A stretch of DNA of 53,371 bases, taken from an uncultured Pseudomonadales bacterium. GTDB lineage: Bacteria > Patescibacteriota > Microgenomatia > UBA1400 > UBA12108. Both the position numbers and the translations under genes were made by a program. Below the pieces are notes generated by a model, which had not been told where the DNA came from, searched no databases, and saw only the letters and a program-made list of their open reading frames with translations. Positions 37,243 to 45,245 of the stretch are shown here, piece by piece; positions within the stretch are counted from its first letter, which is position 1, and the number at the start of each line of letters is the position of its first letter. Where the stretch lies: contig CAZZNJ010000002.1 of assembly GCA_964655755.1 (NCBI GenBank), positions 1 through 53,371 of the forward strand, in the 5' to 3' direction.

Positions 37243-37542
37243 CTAACGAGCTTCGAGGGACAGGTCATCCGGCGGAGCCTCTTTTGCTATAGCTACAGGA
37301 AATTTGAAAAATCTCTTTTTCATAAAAGCTATTCCAGAACCGGACTTGAGATATTGCTCAAAATCCGTTGCTAACTTTCTACTTTCAAAAGCGCTATACC
37401 AAACTAAACGATAATTTAGATCTGATTTAGTTGATTTTACTTTACCGACAAGATGAGTCTTGATCCGATTTTTCAAATCAGGAGTGTAGCCAATATAATA
37501 TCGTCCAGTAACACGATTCCATAAGAGATAGGTGTAAAACAT
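37243..37542 (-). CDS. GIY-YIG nuclease superfamily protein (second copy in the window)
   Basis: MFYTYLLWNRVTGRYYIGYTPDLKNRIKTH. The C-terminal ~20 codons run through the left inverted repeat. Confidence 0.8.
   Translation of the reverse strand: MFYTYLLWNRVTGRYYIGYTPDLKNRIKTHLVGKVKSTKSDLNYRLVWYSAFESRKLATDFEQYLKSGSGIAFMKKRFFKFPVAIAKEAPPDDLSLEAR
37278..37298. repeat. Left arm of the inverted repeat flanking the GIY-YIG gene
   Basis: CCTCTTTTGCTATAGCTACAG. Its reverse complement matches 37552-37572 at 19 of 21 positions. Confidence 0.8.
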
Positions 37543-37551
37543 GCTTGCCCT

Positions 37552-37572
37552 CTGTAGCTTTAGCGAAAGAGG
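37552..37572. repeat. Right arm of the inverted repeat flanking the GIY-YIG gene
   Basis: CTGTAGCTTTAGCGAAAGAGG. Confidence 0.8.
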
Positions 37573-37659
37573 GTGACCCCAGTGACGCGTGGTTTGAACC
37601 GCTATTAGCTCATTTCGAGCAACTTAGGCTCATCTACGAGTCAAGTGAGGAGGAAGAAA

Positions 37660-38100
37660 ATGATTAATTCCTCTCTGCACGACGAGTCAACTTTCTACAA
37701 GCATTTTATCACGGACTTACTCAAGGCCAAACATGAGGTTTGGATTGAGAGCCCTTTTATCACTACTGAGAGAATGAATCAGCTTGTGCCGGTGTTTAAC
37801 AAGCTAATTAAGGGGGGTATCAGGATCCATGTAGTGACTAGAGATCCTCAAGAACATGAACATCCATACGCTGAGCAATCCGAGCGTGAAATAAGGCATT
37901 TTGAGCGGCTTGGTGTCCAAACTCTGATATGTAGTGGTAACCATCACAGGAAACTAGCCATCATAGATAGAAATATTCTTTGGGAAGGCAGTCTGAACAT
38001 CCTATCGCAGATAAAAAGCAGGGAAATTATGCGCCGCTTTGAAGGCGGCGGCTTCGCCGTTGAGATGTTTAATTATTTAAAGCTTGAGAGGTTTATCTAA
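37660..38100 (+). CDS. Phospholipase D/HKD-family nuclease (Nuc-like, single HKD)
   Basis: HKD motif in NHHRKLAIIDRNILWEGSLN. GGAGGA SD before the ATG at 37660. Confidence 0.8.
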   Translation: MINSSLHDESTFYKHFITDLLKAKHEVWIESPFITTERMNQLVPVFNKLIKGGIRIHVVTRDPQEHEHPYAEQSEREIRHFERLGVQTLICSGNHHRKLAIIDRNILWEGSLNILSQIKSREIMRRFEGGGFAVEMFNYLKLERFI

Positions 38101-38136
38101 ATATGTGATACACTTCTGGTGTCACAGGAGAAAAAT

Positions 38137-38349
38137 ATGACAAAAAAAATAACTGAAGAAGAAATCCAAAAAGTTCTCAAAATGCTTGAGGAGTCAAATC
38201 CCAAGAAAGCAACAAGAGAAAATGCTATCAAAACCATTGTGGGCATGAGAAAGATGGCGGTAATGGTGGTGGACAAAATTGATGAGGATTTGAAAACTGG
38301 CAAAGTGAAAGTTGACGAAAAAGGCAAAGTTAGTAGAAAAGCTGACTAA
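38137..38349 (+). CDS. Small Lys/Glu-rich hypothetical protein
   Basis: 70 aa from the ATG at 38137 (AGGAG 7 nt upstream). Immediately downstream of the PLD gene. Confidence 0.55.
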   Translation: MTKKITEEEIQKVLKMLEESNPKKATRENAIKTIVGMRKMAVMVVDKIDEDLKTGKVKVDEKGKVSRKAD

Positions 38350-38552
38350 AAGGGAAATACATCTCTTGCTTTAATCCCAAGTGCTTTAATGATTTTTTCT
38401 AATGTTTCGTAAGAAGGATTCTCTTCACCCCGCTCAATTCGAGCATAGTAATTAACATGCGTACTAGCTTTGTCTGCAACCTGTTGTTGAGTAAGTCCGG
38501 CCTCAGCACGAGCTTTTTTAATATTTTTGCCAAATTGTATTTGTGATCCCAT
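38346..38552 (-). CDS. XRE family helix-turn-helix regulator
   Basis: 68 aa. LTQQQVADKASTHVNYYARIERGEENPS. Lies 3 nt downstream of the OLD-family gene. Confidence 0.85.
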   Translation of the reverse strand: MGSQIQFGKNIKKARAEAGLTQQQVADKASTHVNYYARIERGEENPSYETLEKIIKALGIKARDVFPF

Positions 38553-38555
38553 ATA

Positions 38556-40406
38556 TTACAACTCTAAACTAGATTGTATAAAGTCAAAAGACTTTGTAAA
38601 TTTTTCAATGCATTGCTTTGACAAGTTCTCTTTTAATATCTCACCATTATTAGCTTTTTCAAAAAATAACTTGGAGAAAAGAATCTTCCGTTTTTTGCCA
38701 ACAACCTTAACCATATCTTTTGAATTACCGAGCTTGTCATTGATCAGTTTTAAGTCTTCTATCGTGAACATGTTTTCTATTCCAACAACGCCTTCAAGAA
38801 TATGAACTTTTTTCTTAGTTTCATCATCATCCCCATCAAACACATTGTCCTTAATTTCGTCAAATTTCTTTTTTGAATCGACTCCTCCCATAGAAGGGTC
38901 ATCGTCAATTACTGAAATCCACTCCAAACCATATCCTATGCACAATGAGATCAAATTATTTATTTGTCTAACTCCAATCCCCGGTAAAAATCCATAGTCT
39001 CCACCTCTATTTAGAACTTTTTTCATTGCTGAGAAGTAATAAAAATCAGATACACCCTCCAAAAGTACATTTTTTGGCAAGAGAGTAGAAAAGCCACTGG
39101 CGCTTAAACCGATTGCATTAGATATTGGCTGTAACGCGTCACGTTTATTGTCAGTATTAATTTTACTAGTAACAACGTCCTCTACTATTGTTCCACTATC
39201 AGCGTCATTAACAACGAGTTTAATTCTATTTAATTTGTCAGTTTCGATTAAATATGGAGAATGAGTTGCGTAGATAATTTGATCTCCTTTTTGATCCTCT
39301 GTGGTAGCCAATTTATTAATTAATTTAAGTATGTCGTCTTGAGCTTTTACATGTAGATGCTGATCAGGCTCGTCAAGTAATAGCACCAAATCATTATTTG
39401 AGTTGTCTAATGCCTTTAACTCAAGCCATAAAGAGAGAAACCAAATTAAACCCTTACTTCTCTTTTTAGGGGGAAGTCTTTGGCCTTTTTTAGTTTGAAC
39501 GAAGAAATTAATATATGACCCATCAGGGCCTTCACCATTTCTCTTTTCAAAATTGTATTCAACCAACACTTCATTTTCGCCATGGATTCGTTGACCCCAA
39601 TCTTCCTGAAAATCGATTGAAATTTTATTGTTTTCGTTTTCTTCTTTTGTTCTTCTTACGGCATCTTGTTCCTGGTCTTTTGCTGCAAAATCTACACCCA
39701 ATATGTTTTCCAGATTTTTTACTGCTTTATATCCTTCGATGTCGTTCTTCTTTGCTTTAAGGTCTGTTAATAAAACGCTGTCCGGCAATAAGTCACAAAA
39801 ATCATCAAAATATACAATTTTCGGCGTTAAACGAAACAATGTTTCTGAAACATCACTATTTTTATCGTCGCTCAAGTCAATGTATTTATCTGTGCTAAGA
39901 TCATTTGTTTCTTGCTTATCACCAGAATCTTCAGGTTTTTCCCCTGAGTCAGGGGTTTGAGAAGGTCGATCTAAAATAGAAGCTTGTATAAGTTTAAATG
40001 TCTGATCATCAAGACTAAGTGACGTTTGGTCACTTTGTTTTGTTCTGGTTAAAGTGAATGAAGCAATTTTACTGATTATCTTTTGGTCTAAAACGGGAAC
40101 TCCCTCTTCAACAGAAATACTATTATCATCAACAACCATTGCAGACAAAGACTTGTGGAAGTTATCAGAACTTTCTATTGTGTAAGTACAGCTAACTAGC
40201 TGTACAGGCTTCGAATCTGTGGAAAATGGTTCTGAGTCAGCACTAAACTCTTCATTTTCAAAATCTCTTAGCGCGTTTAATAGTGAACTTTTCCCAGATT
40301 CATTTTGTCCAGCAAAAACAGTTACATTATCAAGATCCGACAATGTTATAAGTCCTGAATCTGTAATAGACCTGTAATTTTTTACTTGAAATGATTTCAA
40401 CTTCAT
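38556..40406 (-). CDS. OLD-family nuclease (N-terminal AAA/ABC-type ATPase + C-terminal Toprim)
   Basis: 616 aa. FQVKNYRSI...FAGQNESGKSSLLNAL (P-loop), LLLDEPDQHLH (Walker B), YATHSPYLI, then Toprim-like VLLEGVSD and SVIDDD. Very AT-rich. Confidence 0.8.
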   Translation of the reverse strand: MKLKSFQVKNYRSITDSGLITLSDLDNVTVFAGQNESGKSSLLNALRDFENEEFSADSEPFSTDSKPVQLVSCTYTIESSDNFHKSLSAMVVDDNSISVEEGVPVLDQKIISKIASFTLTRTKQSDQTSLSLDDQTFKLIQASILDRPSQTPDSGEKPEDSGDKQETNDLSTDKYIDLSDDKNSDVSETLFRLTPKIVYFDDFCDLLPDSVLLTDLKAKKNDIEGYKAVKNLENILGVDFAAKDQEQDAVRRTKEENENNKISIDFQEDWGQRIHGENEVLVEYNFEKRNGEGPDGSYINFFVQTKKGQRLPPKKRSKGLIWFLSLWLELKALDNSNNDLVLLLDEPDQHLHVKAQDDILKLINKLATTEDQKGDQIIYATHSPYLIETDKLNRIKLVVNDADSGTIVEDVVTSKINTDNKRDALQPISNAIGLSASGFSTLLPKNVLLEGVSDFYYFSAMKKVLNRGGDYGFLPGIGVRQINNLISLCIGYGLEWISVIDDDPSMGGVDSKKKFDEIKDNVFDGDDDETKKKVHILEGVVGIENMFTIEDLKLINDKLGNSKDMVKVVGKKRKILFSKLFFEKANNGEILKENLSKQCIEKFTKSFDFIQSSLEL

Positions 40407-40446
40407 AATCTCCCTTATTATAATACTTATCGGCTATAGTTGTCTT

Positions 40447-41046
40447 TTAATTTCCCAAGAATACTCTTGGATTTACAGGTATTCCATACACATTTACCTG
40501 AAAATGTAGATGGACACCTGTTGCCCAACCAGTTCGCCCCTGAGCCCCTATAACGTCACTAGTAGTCACTTTTTGCCCTTCATAGACGTAGATGTGATTA
40601 AGATGGGCATAGATGGTGGTGAGATTGTCTCCATGATCAATAATCACATGCTTGCCATATCCCCAGAATATCTCTCCGGCATAGATGACTGTGCCATCCA
40701 TCGCCGGATTAACTGGATAATCTAGAGAGTTAGCTATATCTAGTCCGGTATGAAAGACTTGATACAAGCTGGACTGTCCAAATTCTAGTGTAATCACGCC
40801 TTGTGTTGGCCAAACAATCGGCTTGTCAACCGTAGCCACCACTTCACCAGTGGTGGGATCTTTAATCTCAACAGTCTGAGTAACAGGGTTTTGCTCAACT
40901 AGCTTATCCGAGATAACATTAATACCAACTTGAGTAAGTAAAATCGCAGCAATTACAGGAAGCATGAGAAGGGTGAGAAAAGCTAGGAGGACAACTTTCA
41001 ACTCTTTCTTAAATGACCAAAGGGTAAGTAAGAGCTTGGGGTTCAT
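40447..41046 (-). CDS. Membrane-anchored M23 (LytM-type) peptidoglycan hydrolase, last gene of the T4SS-like operon
   Basis: N-terminal TM segment; HTGLDIA (HxxxD) and HLHFQV (HxH). Confidence 0.85.
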   Translation of the reverse strand: MNPKLLLTLWSFKKELKVVLLAFLTLLMLPVIAAILLTQVGINVISDKLVEQNPVTQTVEIKDPTTGEVVATVDKPIVWPTQGVITLEFGQSSLYQVFHTGLDIANSLDYPVNPAMDGTVIYAGEIFWGYGKHVIIDHGDNLTTIYAHLNHIYVYEGQKVTTSDVIGAQGRTGWATGVHLHFQVNVYGIPVNPRVFLGN

Positions 41047-41049
41047 GGC

Positions 41050-42849
41050 TTAGATATAGACTTCCCTGGGGTCAGTGGTGAGAAGTGGGTGTTCTTCCTC
41101 AGAGGCCACAATCTTAACCGCTACATGGTTTTGATCGGCAATAAGTAAGGCTTCACCACGATCACAAGTGAGTAGGTAGTGTTGCTCATAAGCGGAGAGG
41201 TGGAACTCTCTGGCCACTTTCTTGATCGTGGTTGTGTCCTGCCTCATCAGGATTCTTAAGGATGACTGGCTAGCAATCGCCTTGCCGTAATCCTGTGAGA
41301 GAAAATCACTGGCTTGTTGAGTAATAATCGTGACTCCTAGATAGTATTTGCGAGCACGTCTAACCAGTCCTGAGATAAACCTGGCACTCTCTGGCTCTTG
41401 TAGGAGAATCCACCCTTCATCAATGACTAGGAGTCTTTTCTGTGGGTTACTCTTGACCTCATTATTCACAAAGTTAGCTAACACCATCATCATCACTTGT
41501 CTGATTGAGTCCGAGAGATCCTTAATATCAAAAACAATCAGGCGATTATCAAGCTTTATGTTGGTTTGCGAGTCAAAAACAGTAGACAGTGAGCCCTTAA
41601 CATATCGCTCGAGTCTGTCACAAAGATCCTTTTGCTTCATTTTCTTGAGGGTTTTGAAAAAGTCAGTAAGGAGTGGGTATTTAATTTTGTCTGGGTCTTT
41701 GGCATTCTTCCTGGCAGTCAGGCCAAACTGTTTATAGGTAGCCAGTAAGGCTTTATCAACCACAGCTCGTTCCTCAGAAGTGAGTGAACCAACCATAAGT
41801 GAGACTAGTTCGGTTAAGTCTTGGATGTGTTCAGCCAGGTTATTTTCTCCCACAACGCTTCTCGTGCTGTAGCCAAAAGGATTAATCTTTTCTTTGCTTG
41901 TAGCCGAAAGCTTGATATAGGTGCCGTTAACAGATTTCGCAAGTTGCCTGTACTCACGCTCTGGATCAATGATAATAACTTTCGTGCCTTGCATGAGCTG
42001 GCGCAAGATCTCGACTTTAGCCGTGTAACTTTTGCCTGATCCTGATTGGGCAAATATTATCGAGTTAGCGTTATTGAGTGAGTATCGATCAATGATGACG
42101 AGTGAATTGTTGGACTTGTTAATGCCATACAAGATCCCTGATTCTTGTACTAGCTCTGATGATACAAAAGGAAAAGTGAGGGCGGCACTTGAGCTATCAA
42201 GATTTCTTTTCTGAGCTAGTTTGTTTTCAGCTCTAGGAAGTACCGACTGTAACCCTTCAAGTTGCTGGAAGGTGGCAACTTTAATAAAGAACAGCCTAGT
42301 TTGCATGACAGTCTCAAGTAGCTTAGTAGTTTTGTTTAGCTCCGAAAGCGTAGTGGATGAAATCGTCATGTATAAGGAGACCTGGAAAAGCTTTTCCTGT
42401 CCACGCTGGATCTTGTCTTTTAACTCCATAGCAGATTCCAAGGGGTCAGTGATCTCACTTCCGATTACTCTGCCATCTTTGAGCATGGTGCGCTTGGTAC
42501 TCTCAAGCTCCGTAATCTTGCGGTTAAGCTTGGGTAGGGCGCTTAAGGGGTCAACTTCTTCAATGTGGTAACTAATGTCGATGTCATGGTTAAAGTTGAT
42601 GAGGTTATTTAGCCAGCCAGTTGAGGCAACATAGGGGTAGCCTGAGACAAAGAAAGTCCTCACATATCTATCGTTAATTTGTAAGTAAGATGATTCTTCT
42701 TTTAGCCCTGAATAGGAGATCAGATCTACTTGATCTTGGGTACCATACGCAAGGTTTATGGCCTTACTTTTTTCAAGCTTACGCTTGCGATTTTTTTGAT
42801 ATTTTTTGACTAGTTTGTTTCTGGTAATCAGTTTTGTAAGTTTAGACAT
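41050..42849 (-). CDS. virB4: VirB4/TrbE-type T4SS ATPase (ATPase portion)
   Basis: 599 aa. Walker A FAQSGSGKSY, Walker B LLVIDEGW and ITQQASDF. Confidence 0.85.
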   Translation of the reverse strand: MSKLTKLITRNKLVKKYQKNRKRKLEKSKAINLAYGTQDQVDLISYSGLKEESSYLQINDRYVRTFFVSGYPYVASTGWLNNLINFNHDIDISYHIEEVDPLSALPKLNRKITELESTKRTMLKDGRVIGSEITDPLESAMELKDKIQRGQEKLFQVSLYMTISSTTLSELNKTTKLLETVMQTRLFFIKVATFQQLEGLQSVLPRAENKLAQKRNLDSSSAALTFPFVSSELVQESGILYGINKSNNSLVIIDRYSLNNANSIIFAQSGSGKSYTAKVEILRQLMQGTKVIIIDPEREYRQLAKSVNGTYIKLSATSKEKINPFGYSTRSVVGENNLAEHIQDLTELVSLMVGSLTSEERAVVDKALLATYKQFGLTARKNAKDPDKIKYPLLTDFFKTLKKMKQKDLCDRLERYVKGSLSTVFDSQTNIKLDNRLIVFDIKDLSDSIRQVMMMVLANFVNNEVKSNPQKRLLVIDEGWILLQEPESARFISGLVRRARKYYLGVTIITQQASDFLSQDYGKAIASQSSLRILMRQDTTTIKKVAREFHLSAYEQHYLLTCDRGEALLIADQNHVAVKIVASEEEHPLLTTDPREVYI

Positions 42850-43459
42850 GGTTATTCCTTAACAAAGTTTCCACTGCCTCTTTGGTGAGTGGTTGGGATC
42901 TTATGTTCTCTGGGTTATAAAAGGCGTAAAACAAATTAAGTACTTCTAGGCCAGTCAACATTCTGCCCTTCATCTGCATGCGCTCTAAGCCTTTGAGGAT
43001 GATGTCCTTTTGAAGGTTTAGGTGCTCTTTAATCACTGCCATGTCTTGCTTGCGCTCCTGATGTTTGTAGGGAATCACGATATAAAACCGGCGGGAGAGG
43101 ATCTTATTGCCGGACACGAGCTTTTTGACAAACTTTTGGTAGCTCTTGAGTTGTTTTTTGTATGTGGTAACCTCTTCCTTTTCTTCCAGTTTCTCCACAT
43201 CCTCCAGATATTTATCAATATCTACTTCTCTCACTCGCACTAATATCTGGATTGGGCAGGGTAAGGAATTAAGAAAGTTTTGAAAGCTATCAATAATAAC
43301 GTCCTGCTCCTCTTCGCTTTTTAGCTCAAAGTTAACGCTCGATGTTTCAATCACCAGACGATAGTCATGGTCGGGTAACACCAAAATATCGTCCACCACC
43401 TCTTTGATTTGGATCTGCTCACGGCTATTACCTCTTTTATGTTTAGAAAATATTGTCAT
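42842..43459 (-). CDS. VirB4 N-terminal-domain-like protein (split from the ATPase ORF)
   Basis: 205 aa. IQIKEVVDDILVLPDHDYRLVIETSSVNFELKSEEEQD resembles the N-terminus of Gram-positive VirB4 homologs. 8-nt overlap (ATGTCTAA) with the ATPase ORF. Confidence 0.55.
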   Translation of the reverse strand: MTIFSKHKRGNSREQIQIKEVVDDILVLPDHDYRLVIETSSVNFELKSEEEQDVIIDSFQNFLNSLPCPIQILVRVREVDIDKYLEDVEKLEEKEEVTTYKKQLKSYQKFVKKLVSGNKILSRRFYIVIPYKHQERKQDMAVIKEHLNLQKDIILKGLERMQMKGRMLTGLEVLNLFYAFYNPENIRSQPLTKEAVETLLRNNHV

Positions 43460-43935
43460 AGTTGTTTCTTCCCAACTTGATAGCGCACGGCCAATTTGCC
43501 AGATTCAATTAGGTTCTCAAGTTTCACTAGTTCGGGAATCGTAAGTTCTTTCTTGTCGACGATATTTGCAGGCGATTTACTACTAACTTTTTCAAGCTTC
43601 CTCGATTCTTGAGGCAAGTCCAACTCCCGCAGGTAGAGACTGTTTTTGTTAGCCAAGTAATACCTTGAGCGGTTTTGAAAGCGCACTAGTACCATTAACC
43701 ACTCCAGTACCAGCTTGTTCTTAACTCTAATTGCCAAAATGATCGAGATAACGGTAACTAGGAGGGTCAGAGTAAGTTTGTAGCCCGGTAGAGCCATTAC
43801 AGGCGGAATGAGGATATACAGGAATGCTGTCCAGAGAATCGGAAACATTAACATGAGGATTTGGGTAAGACTCAAAGAGCCAGCAATCTTGTCCTCAACT
43901 GTAGTAATTTGGGCTGGGATTATTGTTGTTCTCAT
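43456..43935 (-). CDS. PrgI/VirB3-like small membrane protein
   Basis: 159 aa. IPAQITTVEDKIAGSLSLTQILML followed by 2 TM segments. ATGA overlaps on both sides. Confidence 0.6.
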   Translation of the reverse strand: MRTTIIPAQITTVEDKIAGSLSLTQILMLMFPILWTAFLYILIPPVMALPGYKLTLTLLVTVISIILAIRVKNKLVLEWLMVLVRFQNRSRYYLANKNSLYLRELDLPQESRKLEKVSSKSPANIVDKKELTIPELVKLENLIESGKLAVRYQVGKKQL

Positions 43936-45212
43936 AGATTAACTCTCTTTCTGGGAGCTTTGACCTCGCCCTTAGTTGCTCTTGAACTACTATCTGTCGT
44001 AATGACGTTAGTTATTTGCTTACCAACTCTGTGAACTGCTCCCATGCTCCTAGAGAAGAACATCATCTGCATGAGAAATGGCGGGATTTTAAGCAGGGTA
44101 AAAAGGAGGCCAATCGCAACTGCAACAGAGATTAGGGAGTTATCAGTCTGCTCAGGGAGGGTAAGAAAGGCTCCAGCCAGTTGGATGGTGACGACATGAA
44201 CGAAAATCGTAAATACCGAGACAAAGTAACCTTTAATTGCCATCTCAGCAAACGAGGCGGTCTTAGGGAGAGTGAGAAGCAAAAAGATAAAGGGAGATAG
44301 TACGGCTCCGAGTGCGATCACGATCAGTCGGCCAATATACATAAGAAGCAAGATTATGGCTGTGATGAGGAAAATCAGAAGGAATATCAGAATAATAAAT
44401 GGGGCTGAGCCGTTAGTCAGACTGGAGATCGTTACCGCATTACTAATCCAGGCTTCATTGAGTCCTCCAGTTGAGGCAATTACTCCTGTTACAAGGGCAT
44501 TACTCGCTTTAATCACATAATCAGCTAGAAATAACGAGACATTAGCTCCCAGGAAACAAAGACCTATACGTGGCAGGAGTTGTCCAAACTCGAGTTCTTC
44601 AAAGCCAAAAGTGGAAGCACTCATTAGTTGCAGTCCAAGGAGTGCCACTACGATGACAAATAGTGAGTCCACAATCCCCAGCATTGTTAGCCAGAACTTC
44701 ACAATGGAGGAGTTTTCTAGCAGTGAGGGGGTTGTACCCAAGAAGGTCATAATCCCATCCACAATTGGTTTTGTCGAGCTTTCGACAATGTTTTGGATAA
44801 AACCATTAACCGCGTCTATTAGAACCTGAGTTAGTCCGTCATGTGGCTCAACGCTCTCGATTTGGGTAATGGGGAGAGTCTCTACACTTCCACTACTCCC
44901 GTCACCAACTAGTGCGCCTTGAAGCACGGAGACAATAAGGTTTGCACTAAGGACTACCACAAGACCAATCAGCGTATTGCGGATAGTTTTCTTGGCTGAC
45001 TCTAGAGCTTCTGGTTTGCCGGTACTAGTTATGTAGATGTAACCTGCTCTAATTAAAAAAAAGACCGCTGCTGCGGCCGAGATTAAAGTTATTAGTGACA
45101 AGGTGTCACTCGTGAAGTTTATGACCTCACTTGGTTCTCCAGTTGAGGCAAGAATAGTTTGAGGAAAGATGAGTGGTATTAAGATTCCTAAACTTAGAAG
45201 TATTACTTTCAT
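43932..45212 (-). CDS. VirB6/TrbL-like polytopic membrane protein with an N-terminal VirB2-like pilin module
   Basis: 426 aa. Signal peptide, then a pilin-like segment (YIYITSTGKPEALESAKKTI), then ~6 TM segments. Confidence 0.65.
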   Translation of the reverse strand: MKVILLSLGILIPLIFPQTILASTGEPSEVINFTSDTLSLITLISAAAAVFFLIRAGYIYITSTGKPEALESAKKTIRNTLIGLVVVLSANLIVSVLQGALVGDGSSGSVETLPITQIESVEPHDGLTQVLIDAVNGFIQNIVESSTKPIVDGIMTFLGTTPSLLENSSIVKFWLTMLGIVDSLFVIVVALLGLQLMSASTFGFEELEFGQLLPRIGLCFLGANVSLFLADYVIKASNALVTGVIASTGGLNEAWISNAVTISSLTNGSAPFIILIFLLIFLITAIILLLMYIGRLIVIALGAVLSPFIFLLLTLPKTASFAEMAIKGYFVSVFTIFVHVVTIQLAGAFLTLPEQTDNSLISVAVAIGLLFTLLKIPPFLMQMMFFSRSMGAVHRVGKQITNVITTDSSSRATKGEVKAPRKRVNL

Positions 45213-45245
45213 AGCTTTTCATAAGCCAAACTTATTAACTTGTTT

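Noticed and set aside
37245-37290. SRP/4.5S-like or other small RNA (GGGACAGGTCATCCGGCGGAGCC loosely recalls the SRP helix-8 region), or a tRNA serving as the integration site for the defence islet (37080-37240).
   Set aside because: The conserved GGAA tetraloop/AGCAGC elements are absent, no tRNA cloverleaf (T-loop GTTCRANYC with matching stems) could be drawn on either strand, and the segment overlaps the GIY-YIG ORF end.
37214-37581. 9-nt direct repeat GTGACCCCA as a target-site duplication of a GIY-YIG cassette.
   Set aside because: Only the right copy abuts an inverted-repeat arm; the left copy is 55 nt away from its arm. A single 9-mer coincidence in a few hundred bp is not negligible. 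It is kept as a note inside the IR finding only.
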